Shown here: piece after piece, positions 29,470 through 38,342 of the stretch
Layout of the letters: the number at the start of each line of letters is the position of its first letter
Numbering within the stretch: position 1 is the stretch's first letter
DNA from: Bacillota bacterium
Lineage (GTDB): Bacteria; Bacillota_I; Bacilli_A; RF39; UBA660
Direction: 5' to 3'
NCBI GenBank assembly: GCA_015059335.1
Contig: SVAP01000001.1
Span: 66,244 to 130,243 of the forward strand
Length of the DNA stretch: 64,000 bases
Notes under the pieces: generated by a model
Told to the model about the DNA's origin: nothing
The model's database searches: none
Seen by the model: the letters and a program-made list of their open reading frames with translations, nothing else
Translations under genes and position numbers: made by a program

Positions 29470-30290
29470 TAGATGCAAAAGAAAGTTTAAGTGGTAATGT
29501 ACCAGACAAACAAAGTCTAACAGGAGATTTTAAAATACAAGTAGCACCAACTCCAAATATAACGGTAGGAACAACAACTACATTAGAACCTAATTCAAAT
29601 GCAATAGTAGAATTAGATGAAGCGTCAACTAAGTTAAATCCTATATTCAATTTTGGAATACCTAAAGGGGAACAAGGTATTCAAGGAGAACAGGGAATAC
29701 AAGGAATACAAGGTCCACAAGGAATACAGGGTGAAATCGGACCTGCTAACGTTTTAACAATAGGTACAGTAACAAAAGGTGATAATGCTGCTGCTACTAT
29801 TACAGGTGATTCTCCTAATCAAACTCTTAACTTAGTACTTCCTAAAGGTGATAAGGGAGACAAAGGTGATAAAGGCGAAGTTGGTTCTATTGGACCATCT
29901 AATACATTAACAATAGGAACTGTAAGTAAAGGAAATGAAGCTCAAGCAACAATAACTGGTACTTCTCCTAATCAAGTATTAAATTTAGTACTTCCTAAAG
30001 GTGATAAAGGTGATACAGGAGAACGTGGTATTCAAGGTATTCAAGGTATTCAAGGTCCTAAAGGAGATACTGGGCCTCAAGGAACAAAAGGTGATAAAGG
30101 AGATACTGGTTCAATAGGTCCTCAAGGTCCACAAGGAATACAAGGACCACAAGGAATACAGGGAGAACAAGGACCGCAAGGAGAACAAGGTATACCAGGT
30201 AATGATTATGTTCTTACTGATGCTGATAAAACAGATATAGCAGGATTAGTATTAGCTAGTTTTCCAATAGCAGAGGAGGTTAGTTTCTAA
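29466..30290 (+). CDS. collagen-like (G-X-Y) repeat tail fibre protein
   Basis: runs of GEQGIQGEQGIQGIQGPQGIQGEIGP and GDKGDKGDKGEVG; internal duplicated roughly 45-aa segment. Confidence 0.7.
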   Translation: MIDAKESLSGNVPDKQSLTGDFKIQVAPTPNITVGTTTTLEPNSNAIVELDEASTKLNPIFNFGIPKGEQGIQGEQGIQGIQGPQGIQGEIGPANVLTIGTVTKGDNAAATITGDSPNQTLNLVLPKGDKGDKGDKGEVGSIGPSNTLTIGTVSKGNEAQATITGTSPNQVLNLVLPKGDKGDTGERGIQGIQGIQGPKGDTGPQGTKGDKGDTGSIGPQGPQGIQGPQGIQGEQGPQGEQGIPGNDYVLTDADKTDIAGLVLASFPIAEEVSF

Positions 30291-31336
30291 TGGCTAAATA
30301 TAGTATAGAAGATACAACTTTAACTAATATAGCAAATGCTATTAGAAACAAAACAGGAGATAGTGCAACATTAAAACCTAGTGAAATGCCTACAGCTATT
30401 GAAGGAATCGAAACTGGTAGTAGTGGCGAAATGAATGTGAAAATATTAACCAAAATGTCAGGTAATATTGATGGTAATCCTAAATATATATTACAAAGAC
30501 TTATAACCGAAATTCCAACAATAACAGTATCTGGTACTAGTATGCAGAGTGCATTTGAAGATTGTATCAATTTAACAAAAATTCCTACACTAAATACAAA
30601 TACTATTCGGAATATGCAAAATATGTTCCGAAACTGCGCTAAATTAACAGAAATACCATTATTAAACACAAGTAACGCAACAAATTTTTATTATATGTTC
30701 GCTGATTGTGATAATTTAATAACAATCCCACAATTCGATACAAGTAACGTAAAGGACATGAGTTATATGTTTTACAATTGTTATGCATTAGAATCAATTC
30801 CTTTATTGAATACATCTAACGTAACGAAAATGGACTATATGTTTTACAGTTGTCGCAGTTTATTAGAAATCCCACAATTCGATACAAGTAACGTAACGAA
30901 CATGAGTTATATGCTATACGGTTGCGATAATTTGATAACGATCCCTTTGTTAAACACATCAAAAGTAACAGCTATGACTTATGTATTTTATAGTTGCGAT
31001 AAGCTCAAAACTATACCGCAATTAGATTTATCCAGTGCAACATCTATTAATTATATACTGACAAATTGCCCTGCATTAGAGAATTTCGGAGGTTTTCTAA
31101 ATTTAGGCGCTGCTTATCTTACATCGAGAGCAGAAAACTACACTGCTTACAAATTAGATTTATCGAAATCTACAAAATTAACTCACGACAGTTTAATGAA
31201 TGTAATTAACGGTTTATACGATATTGCTACGTTAGGTTGTAAAATACAACAATTAACAATCGGGGCAACTAATTTAGCAAAATTAACAGCAGAAGAAATA
31301 GCAATAGCGACTTCTAAGGGATGGTCGGTTGCTTAG
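30290..31336 (+). CDS. BspA-type leucine-rich-repeat protein (putative receptor-binding protein)
   Basis: about nine tandem roughly 23-aa repeats of form IP(L/Q)(L/F)NTSNVTxMxYMFYxCxxL, visible also as about 69-bp DNA periodicity. Confidence 0.65.
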   Translation: MAKYSIEDTTLTNIANAIRNKTGDSATLKPSEMPTAIEGIETGSSGEMNVKILTKMSGNIDGNPKYILQRLITEIPTITVSGTSMQSAFEDCINLTKIPTLNTNTIRNMQNMFRNCAKLTEIPLLNTSNATNFYYMFADCDNLITIPQFDTSNVKDMSYMFYNCYALESIPLLNTSNVTKMDYMFYSCRSLLEIPQFDTSNVTNMSYMLYGCDNLITIPLLNTSKVTAMTYVFYSCDKLKTIPQLDLSSATSINYILTNCPALENFGGFLNLGAAYLTSRAENYTAYKLDLSKSTKLTHDSLMNVINGLYDIATLGCKIQQLTIGATNLAKLTAEEIAIATSKGWSVA

Positions 31337-31351
31337 AAAGGAGAATAAAAT

Positions 31352-31570
31352 ATGAAATTATTTACTTATACAAAACCAAGAATGATAGTAGCAGATGAGG
31401 GGAAACACATCAGAAATATAAATGATGTTTATGTACCAGAACATACTGACGAAGAAGGTAATCTAGTACCAGAACATTTTCCTTATTATTCGACTACAAT
31501 ATTTGTTCCAGATAATTTTACTGAAGAACAAATGTATGAATTATATATTGAAGAGCCAATAGGAGAATAA
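31352..31570 (+). CDS. hypothetical protein
   Basis: 72 aa; SD aaaggagaa. Confidence 0.4.
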   Translation: MKLFTYTKPRMIVADEGKHIRNINDVYVPEHTDEEGNLVPEHFPYYSTTIFVPDNFTEEQMYELYIEEPIGE

Positions 31571-31612
31571 AAGCAAACGAAATAATTAATTTTATAAAGG
31601 AGGTAGTATTAG

Positions 31613-31798
31613 ATGAAGAAAGCACTGAATGATGTAAAGAGCTTTGTAACAATACTATTCGCAATAGCTTTAGTTGCGTTACTGTTTATTGCTGTGTTTA
31701 AAAGTCAAAATATATTTGAAATAGTATTCTTATTATTTACTAATTTATGTACAGCAGTTTTTACATATTTTTTCACTAAAAAGAAAGAGGTAGAGTAG
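31613..31798 (+). CDS. holin
   Basis: 61 aa, two TM helices, charged C-terminus KKKEVE; directly upstream of the endolysin; SD aaaggaggt. Confidence 0.6.
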   Translation: MKKALNDVKSFVTILFAIALVALLFIAVFKSQNIFEIVFLLFTNLCTAVFTYFFTKKKEVE

Positions 31799-31800
31799 TT

Positions 31801-32490
31801 ATGACTATAAAACAAAAACAATTAAATTTAAAACATCTAGGATATTACAAAGGAAATATTGACGGAATATGGGGTAATGGAAGTAAAGAAGCAACAAAGA
31901 AATTTCAAAAAGCATATGGACTAGTTGTAGATGGTATTTTCGGGGCAAATACAGAAGTAAAATCTATTCAAGTATGGAAAGACATTCAAAACAAGTTAAA
32001 TAAGCATGGTTTTAGACTTTCTGTGGATGGTTTAGTAGGAACTAACACAATTAACGCCATCAAAGACTTTCAACTTAAAAACGACCTTTCTATTGATTAT
32101 ATAGTAGGTCCTAAAACAACGGCTAAATTAAATGCTGAGCCACTAAGTTGGAATGATATTAAATACTTCAAAAAATCAGAATTTACTTGTAAATGTGGAT
32201 GTGGTAGTAATAACATCTCATTAGAGTTAGTAAAAATCGCCGATGAAGTAAGAAAACATTTTGGTAAACCTATGACTATTACAAGTGGGACAAGATGTTC
32301 TAAACATAATAAAAATGTTGGTGGAGTATCTACTTCAAGACATTTATCAGGCAAAGCATGTGATTTCTATATCAGTGGTGTATCACAAAATCAAATACTT
32401 GACCTTACTAATAAATTAGTATCTCAAGGAAAATTAAGATACACTTATGGAATAGCAAATTCAAGTGCAGTTCACATGGATATATTATAG
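31801..32490 (+). CDS. endolysin: two PG_binding_1 repeats plus M15-type (VanY-like) peptidase domain
   Basis: LKHLGYYKGNIDGIWGNGSKEATKKFQKAYGLVVDGIFGANT repeated twice; C-terminal SGTRCSKHNKNVGGVSTSRHLSGKACDF...VHMD zinc-ligand pattern. Confidence 0.7.
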   Translation: MTIKQKQLNLKHLGYYKGNIDGIWGNGSKEATKKFQKAYGLVVDGIFGANTEVKSIQVWKDIQNKLNKHGFRLSVDGLVGTNTINAIKDFQLKNDLSIDYIVGPKTTAKLNAEPLSWNDIKYFKKSEFTCKCGCGSNNISLELVKIADEVRKHFGKPMTITSGTRCSKHNKNVGGVSTSRHLSGKACDFYISGVSQNQILDLTNKLVSQGKLRYTYGIANSSAVHMDIL

Positions 32491-32566
32491 GGAGTTGGTA
32501 GCCCCTGCCTAGCTTCGGCATTACAATAGAAGGACGTTGCCTATTATTAGGCTGCTACTATTAATT

Positions 32567-32606
32567 AAAAGCTAGTTCTCTTAATTGAGGACTAGCTCTT
32601 TTTTTA
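32567..32606 (+). terminator. rho-independent terminator after lysis module
   Basis: AGCTAGTTCTC / GAGGACTAGCT stem (1 mismatch) followed by TTTTTTTAT. Confidence 0.6.
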
Positions 32607-32668
32607 TTGATTTTTATTATGATAACATATATAATAACCTTATATACTTATTTTACAGGGGTGATTAT

Positions 32669-33409
32669 ATGTCATTACAAGTTTATTATGATAATATATA
32701 TAGTGCAAAAATCAATGGAAAAAACATGAAAGTCTTAATACTATATAATATATCCGGAAACCATTATGTTGGGTTCCCAGTATATGATAAAGAAAAGAAA
32801 AATACTATTAAGATAAAGTCTATTAACAAATATATTAATATAGATGAAGTAATGGATATTTCAAAAAATTCAATCAAGTCATTAATATATATAAAAGGGA
32901 AACCGTTAAAAATTTTATCTAAAGAAAGAAATTATATAAACAAAAAATTGAAAGATTCTTTAGTATCAAAAATTGAAAATGGCATTAATCCTCAAAAACA
33001 AGAGGACTTATCATATATAAAATGGGTAAAAAAAGTATTAGATTTAAATACTGCTTCAATAAAAATGCAAAACTTAAAACCTAGACAAATATATTGGGTT
33101 GATTTTGGTTTTAATGTTGGTTCAGAGTTAAGAAAGTTAAGACCAGCAATTTTATGGAGAAGTACTGCCGATAAAAAAGTTTGGACAGTTATACCATTGA
33201 GTACAAAATGCAAACAAGACAATTACTATTTTCATTATGATTTATTATCAGTCAATGACTGTTCAATTAAAGTTGAATCAATGATGAATTTTAGTTATAA
33301 AAGAATTGAAAGTGCTTATTTTGCTAAAAATGTTAAAGCATATATAAATGATGATGACTTTAATAACATAAAAGAAATTTTAAAAAAATATTATACATTT
33401 ACATTTTAA
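32669..33409 (+). CDS. MazF/PemK-like toxin domain fused to roughly 120-aa N-terminal extension
   Basis: PRQIYWVDFGFNVGSELRKLRPAILW matches the PemK/MazF core (GDIVLVDF..GSEQ.G.RPAVV); SD aggggtga; no adjacent antitoxin-sized ORF. Confidence 0.5.
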   Translation: MSLQVYYDNIYSAKINGKNMKVLILYNISGNHYVGFPVYDKEKKNTIKIKSINKYINIDEVMDISKNSIKSLIYIKGKPLKILSKERNYINKKLKDSLVSKIENGINPQKQEDLSYIKWVKKVLDLNTASIKMQNLKPRQIYWVDFGFNVGSELRKLRPAILWRSTADKKVWTVIPLSTKCKQDNYYFHYDLLSVNDCSIKVESMMNFSYKRIESAYFAKNVKAYINDDDFNNIKEILKKYYTFTF

Positions 33410-33432
33410 ATACCCCCCTCATATGAAAAAAG

Positions 33433-33461
33433 TTGACATTTGCTAGTATATATGCTATATT
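33433..33461 (+). promoter_or_regulatory. sigma-A-like promoter (TTGACA-17-TATATT)
   Basis: seen directly. Confidence 0.5.
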
Positions 33462-33646
33462 AATGTTACATTTATTTGTGCATGTTGAAAAACATGGAAG
33501 TTGTTATTTCAAAAAGCAGAGTTTATCTCTGTTTTTTGCTTTTCTTTGAATAAAAATGTACTTAATTACATAACATAATAACACGTTAACGTATGCACGT
33601 AATGTGGATTTTTCGTTTAGGTAATCCTAAGCGCACTCATGAGTTT

Positions 33647-33670
33647 AGAGGGATATTTCCCTCTTTTTTT
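33647..33670 (+). terminator. rho-independent terminator (AGAGGGA-tattt-TCCCTCT plus T7)
   Basis: seen directly; about 200 nt downstream of the promoter with no ORF between them. Confidence 0.55.
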
Positions 33671-33742
33671 GTGTCTTTCTACATATTCCGACACAATTCG
33701 ACAAAACAATATTGTAGAATATTCGACTCGAGGGGGAATAAT

Positions 33743-33916
33743 ATGAAATCAAGAATATTAAAAGACTATCAATTACAATGTTTTAAAAGAGATATTAAAG
33801 TAAATAGTGATAGTATAATATTAACTGTTAATGATGAAAAAAAGAACGCATATTACGTTCTTGATGGTTCTACGAAACACAGAATTGATTACTGGTATGC
33901 TGTGTTATATTTTTAG
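33743..33916 (+). CDS. small protein (57 aa), possible partner of the convergent LytTR gene
   Basis: SD gagggggaataat; preceded by direct repeats ATTCGAC. Confidence 0.35.
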   Translation: MKSRILKDYQLQCFKRDIKVNSDSIILTVNDEKKNAYYVLDGSTKHRIDYWYAVLYF

Positions 33917-34234
33917 TTTTTCGTTAAAATATTTTTCAATCTTACAACTGTATTTATCTGATATAGTATCTATGTGTTCATCGTTAATTAGTTTAGCTTT
34001 TTTCTTTTTATTATCATAAAAAACAATATTATCTAAATTTAATATACAAGACTTGTGAACTCTAATAAAATTATCATTTAAAAGTGGTTCAATATGTGAT
34101 AATGGTAATCTAATGTTATAATTTTGTTCTTTACATTGGATTACTGTTTTTCTTTCCATAATTAAAAAATACATTATGTCTTCTGTGTTGAAAGCGTAGA
34201 ATCTTTCTTGGTCTCTTAAGTATATTTTTTCCAT
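33905..34234 (-). CDS. stand-alone LytTR-domain DNA-binding protein
   Basis: FIRVHKSCILNLDNIV is the LytTR hallmark (compare FIRVHRSYIVNLDKI); 109 aa with no receiver domain. Confidence 0.65.
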   Translation of the reverse strand: MEKIYLRDQERFYAFNTEDIMYFLIMERKTVIQCKEQNYNIRLPLSHIEPLLNDNFIRVHKSCILNLDNIVFYDNKKKKAKLINDEHIDTISDKYSCKIEKYFNEKLKI

Positions 34235-34299
34235 AAATTACCTCCGATACTGCTAGAGATAACTTTATTATAGCATTAACATATAGCAATTGGTACTAA

Positions 34300-34500
34300 T
34301 TAAGTGAATCCCCCTGGGTTTTGGTAAACAACTTGAGAAATTGATGTAATATTTTTAAAATCCAAACAATTAGCAAGTGCTCTATTAACAATTACATTTC
34401 CAACCATCAACATTCCTAAGTTGCCTTCACCAACAGCTTCAGCCCTCATAAGTCGAGCTAAAAGATCAACTTCTTTTTCATTATAACTAATTATTGCCAT
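34300..34500 (-). pseudogene. truncated CwlJ/SleB-like cell-wall hydrolase fragment (66 aa)
   Basis: LLARLMRAEAVGEGNLGMLMVGNVIVNRA matches the SleB/CwlJ N-terminal motif; a full-length protein would be about 140 aa or more. Confidence 0.5.
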
Positions 34501-34602
34501 TTTACCACCTAATATAATATATGTATATCATTTTTAATTATGTTTTCGATAAATATATTGTATAAAAAAAAACTTTATGTTATAATCTTATTATATTTAA
34601 AC

Positions 34603-34641
34603 AGGGGTATAGTTTAATGGTAGAGCGACGGTCTCCAAAAC
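34603..34641 (+). other. tRNA 5'-half-like fragment (copy 1) ending in core GGTCTCCAAAAC
   Basis: acceptor/D-arm-like AGGGGTATAGTTTAATGGTAGAGC plus anticodon-arm-like sequence, with no matching 3' half. Confidence 0.5.
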
Positions 34642-34838
34642 TCTTGTTATTGAGAGATTAAATGCCAATTTAACCCTTATAAACATTGACTTTGTTAAAA
34701 CTACCCTTTCAAAGTGTGGTCACCTTTGGTGGCAAAGTCAAAAAAATAGTTCAATATAAAACGAACTGAAACAAATAAAAAAATGTTAAAAAACACAATA
34801 AATGTGTTATAATAAGTTTGCTCTAAAAAGAGCTTTCT

Positions 34839-34877
34839 AGGGGCATGATGTAATGGTAACATAGTGGTCTCCAAAAC
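34839..34877 (+). other. tRNA 5'-half-like fragment (copy 2) ending in core GGTCTCCAAAAC
   Basis: AGGGGCATGATGTAATGGTAACAT...GGTCTCCAAAAC; no T-arm or acceptor complement downstream. Confidence 0.5.
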
Positions 34878-35161
34878 AGCTAACAGGGGTTTAAATTTTT
34901 GAAGAATAAAAACGCCACAAAACCTTATAAAATAAGGAAAGTTAAAAAAATCAATTGTTGAAATTTTAAAAAATGTACGAAAAAAGTACCAAAAATGTAC
35001 GAAATTGCTTAATTAATGTTAATTTATCTTAATTAAAATCAGTTAATTTAGTCCATTTTTTATCGTTATTTTTGTTTGTACATCTTGATTAAAAATGATA
35101 AATCATATATAATAAAATCACTTTTTAAAAATTAATTTTTTTCTAAAAGTAATTTGTTTAT

Positions 35162-35235
35162 AGGGAATTAGTTTAATGGTAAAATTTCGGTCTCCAAAAC
35201 CGCGGTTAAGTGTTCGACTCACTTATTCCCTGCCA
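35162..35235 (+). tRNA. tRNA-Trp (anticodon CCA)
   Basis: hand-folded: acceptor AGGGAAT/ATTCCCT, D-arm GTTT-AATGGTA-AAAT, anticodon loop CTCCAAA (U33, CCA, A37), T-arm AAGTG-TTCGACT-CACTT, discriminator G, encoded CCA. Confidence 0.75.
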
Positions 35236-35245
35236 CTGAAAATTC

Positions 35246-35287
35246 ACGATTTAATCTTTAAAATTAGGGATTAAATCGTTTTTTTAT
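35246..35287 (+). terminator. rho-independent terminator after tRNA
   Basis: ACGATTTAATC / GATTAAATCGT stem plus TTTTTTT. Confidence 0.6.
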
Positions 35288-35363
35288 ATTCATATAAAAA
35301 TAGACTTGCAATATCTTTCGAACAGAGTTAACATACAAACGATGATAGAAAGGAGTTTGCAAA

Positions 35364-35600
35364 TTGAAAAAATTAACAAAGTATTATACTATAAATGAGG
35401 GAGTCTTAACTTTATATAATGTCATTGAAGCTTTACAGAATTTATTTGATGGTTCACTACCAGATGACATTAATATTATCGTTGATGATTTGATTAACAA
35501 GTGTTCTGAAAACTTAGATATTGAGGAAGAAAAACTAAAGAATATTGATATGGATACAGAACTTGTAAGAAAAAGAATTTATGAAATATCAAAAGAATAA
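35364..35600 (+). CDS. hypothetical protein
   Basis: 78 aa; SD aaaggag. Confidence 0.45.
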   Translation: MKKLTKYYTINEGVLTLYNVIEALQNLFDGSLPDDINIIVDDLINKCSENLDIEEEKLKNIDMDTELVRKRIYEISKE

Positions 35601-35710
35601 GTATATATATATTATACAAATGCTACTCCCCTGTTTTATTTTAAACATAAAAACTTGTTTTAGATTGTAAAAAACATTAAAATATATATTAAGAAAAGGA
35701 AAGTTAAATT

Positions 35711-35935
35711 ATGAATAATACTAGATTAAAAGAATTAAGGACTAAAAATAATTTCACATATCAGATGATGGCGAATGAATTAAATGTGAGTAAAACATTT
35801 TATTGGCAAATAGAACACGGTGTTCGAAAGTTATCATATAAAATGGCATTTGATATTGCTAGAATATTTGGATTAAAACCAGATGATATATTTTATGATG
35901 AATTTTTAAATTATAATGATGAAGTTGCTTCATAA
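35711..35935 (+). CDS. XRE-family HTH regulator
   Basis: LKELRTKNNFTYQMMANELNVSKTFYWQIEHGVRKLS HTH_3 pattern; SD aaaggaaag. Confidence 0.6.
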   Translation: MNNTRLKELRTKNNFTYQMMANELNVSKTFYWQIEHGVRKLSYKMAFDIARIFGLKPDDIFYDEFLNYNDEVAS

Positions 35936-36011
35936 TTATATTGATAATTAAAAGAAAGTAAAAATATTATTATTTTATTATTTTACTTTCTTTTTGTTTT
36001 ATTAAACAGAA

Positions 36012-36284
36012 TTATTTTTTAGTTGATAAAGTTTCAATAAAGTTTATAACCTTGTCTTTATCACTTTGTGATAATAAATAATATTTATCTAATTCATGTG
36101 ATTTACCAACTAAATAATCAATTGAACATCCTAAAACTTCACTTAATCTATATGCAATAGGAAGTGAGGGAATACGAACTTTTTGTTCATATGCCTCAAT
36201 AGATGAGTTACTAACTCCTACAAGATGTTGTAATTTTACTTGTGAATAACCTTTTTTTATTCTTAAAGTTTTAAGATTGGACAT
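36012..36284 (-). CDS. XRE-family repressor divergent from the cargo operon
   Basis: LKTLRIKKGYSQVKLQHLVGVSNSSIEAYEQKVRIPSL HTH_3; the track ORF extends to 36446 but the N-terminal extension looks like translated promoter DNA. Confidence 0.55.
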   Translation of the reverse strand: MSNLKTLRIKKGYSQVKLQHLVGVSNSSIEAYEQKVRIPSLPIAYRLSEVLGCSIDYLVGKSHELDKYYLLSQSDKDKVINFIETLSTKK

Positions 36285-36458
36285 ATCAATTTTTTTCTTT
36301 AATATACTGAATTCTTCCCTATTATTTCTCACTATATACCACCTAATACTATCATAAATTAAAACAAACTTACAAAATCTTACACCAAGTAAGACAAAAG
36401 TAAAAAAATATGATATAATATTTTTGTAAAAAAATTTAATAATCAAAGTGGTGATTAA

Positions 36459-38327
36459 ATGATAGATTATAATGAGTTAAGAAAACGACTTGAATATGAA
36501 AATACTATAAATAATTCGAAATCAGAACTTAAAAAAGTTGAAGATTTAATAATTGAAATTGAAGGTCAATTAAATAATCTTGGAACAAAAGAGAATAGTT
36601 TAGAAATCGTTAAAAAAAACAATACAATAATAAATAAATTGTTTAATAATAAAAAAATTAAGGAACGAATAAAGATTGCCGAAAAAGATGTTGATGAATT
36701 TGTAAAACTACATGGTTCTAAAGAAGAAATCCAAACTAAACTGAATGATTTATATGAAAAAAAAAGATATTATGAAACATTAATAAAATCAATGGATAGT
36801 TCTAAATCTTTTGATAATAATCTTGTCGAAATGAATGAAGATGGAATTTTAGTAATCGATGCCGATAAGCATAATAATGTTGATATATCATATGGTCAGG
36901 AGGGAAAATTAAATAATGATGAATTTATGCTAGTTCACTCTACTGGGCATTTTCCTGATAATCACCAAATTTTATCTGGATATGATGGTAACAAAATTGA
37001 TAAAGAAAATACTTCATCAGAAACAGTAGAATTCGAATATGAAGGAGTAAGGAAAAGTTTTCCTAATTATTCTACAAGAAGAACAACTCACTTTATTTTA
37101 AATTCAGTTGTTCAAGACCATGGATTTGGAAAATTTGGAAGCGAATATATTGTGTTGGAAAATGCAAAAAACCATTCTGGCGAAATAAGAAGAAAAAGTG
37201 CTGGGGACACATGGATTCCACATTCGGTAGAAATATCTGATGCATCTATTCTTATGGTTAGACATGATGTCTATGACAAATTAACTGAAGAACAAAAAAA
37301 CATGTATAAAATAATTATATATAAGGGCGATAAAAAGAGAGCAGTAGAATTACTTTTAAATTCAATGGGATATAGTGCTTTAGAATATAATATAAACGAC
37401 ACTGGACACTCTCTGTCATCCGATATAAAAATAGAAGGAAATTTGAAAGCAAGAAACATTGTTATGAGTTATATAAACAATTATAAAGATTATTCAAAAG
37501 AAGATTTTTCTATTTCATCAGAGATGATGTCTAAAATGTTTGACGTCTGGTTTAAAGGTCATGGCGAAGGTAAAAATTCAAAAATGATATGGCGTGATGA
37601 TGAAAAAGTGAACAATAAAATTATTGAATTGTGTAAAGAAAAAAATATTGATCCCAATTTATTAAATTTTTATATTAAAATGGGTATAACATATGAAAAT
37701 GGAGTTTATAAATCACTACAATATGAGCAAATTTATAATTTATACGAATATTTTGATAATGAAGAAATTAATGTAGATTTTATTAATAATTATATAGAAA
37801 GTCAACATTTGCAAATTATTCAACAAAACATTAATAATAGTTCTATATTAGCAACTAAAACTAATAATGATGTTTCTAATATGAAGTTTGAGGATATAAA
37901 CAAACTAGAAAATTTAGATTACAGTAGGAATTTACAAATTCAATTAAACCAAGTAATTAATAGTATAAATGGTTTATTACATGCTGGTGGTGCAAATGTG
38001 TCTTTTACTGAAAATGGGTTAAAAATAAATTTGACAACTGATTATAATAATTTAACTAATTATGCTAATGAAGAATTTAAATTTTATCCTACAAAAGAAT
38101 GTGTTTCAGGTAATGATAAATGGAAAGAAGTAACTTTTATTATTGATTGTAAAGGATTAACATATCATGAAATTATTGATAAAGTTAAAAACTATGTTCA
38201 CTCAGTTAACAATAGATTATCATCGTCTATTTCAAAGTCAGAACAAATTGAGCAGTTAAAACAGTATAAAGATGAATTAACTAACACCCAAAAGATAAAT
38301 GTTGAAGAAGTTAGAAAGGGATTATAA
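36459..38327 (+). CDS. large unknown protein (622 aa), first gene of cargo island
   Basis: SD aaagtggtga; N-terminal coiled coil; -10 TATAAT at about 36408; no recognised catalytic motif. Confidence 0.55.
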   Translation: MIDYNELRKRLEYENTINNSKSELKKVEDLIIEIEGQLNNLGTKENSLEIVKKNNTIINKLFNNKKIKERIKIAEKDVDEFVKLHGSKEEIQTKLNDLYEKKRYYETLIKSMDSSKSFDNNLVEMNEDGILVIDADKHNNVDISYGQEGKLNNDEFMLVHSTGHFPDNHQILSGYDGNKIDKENTSSETVEFEYEGVRKSFPNYSTRRTTHFILNSVVQDHGFGKFGSEYIVLENAKNHSGEIRRKSAGDTWIPHSVEISDASILMVRHDVYDKLTEEQKNMYKIIIYKGDKKRAVELLLNSMGYSALEYNINDTGHSLSSDIKIEGNLKARNIVMSYINNYKDYSKEDFSISSEMMSKMFDVWFKGHGEGKNSKMIWRDDEKVNNKIIELCKEKNIDPNLLNFYIKMGITYENGVYKSLQYEQIYNLYEYFDNEEINVDFINNYIESQHLQIIQQNINNSSILATKTNNDVSNMKFEDINKLENLDYSRNLQIQLNQVINSINGLLHAGGANVSFTENGLKINLTTDYNNLTNYANEEFKFYPTKECVSGNDKWKEVTFIIDCKGLTYHEIIDKVKNYVHSVNNRLSSSISKSEQIEQLKQYKDELTNTQKINVEEVRKGL

Positions 38328-38342
38328 AAATGGAGGAAAGAT

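Noticed and set aside
34603-34877. tRNA-like copies 1 and 2 as functional tRNA genes
   Set aside because: No T-arm or acceptor-complementary 3' strand follows either copy. They fold only as 5' halves.
36285-36446. N-terminal 54-codon extension of the divergent XRE repressor
   Set aside because: The extension translates promoter-like AT-rich DNA (FFYKNIISYFF) and would place the HTH at the C-terminus. The internal start at 36284 is preferred, though its SD is weak.
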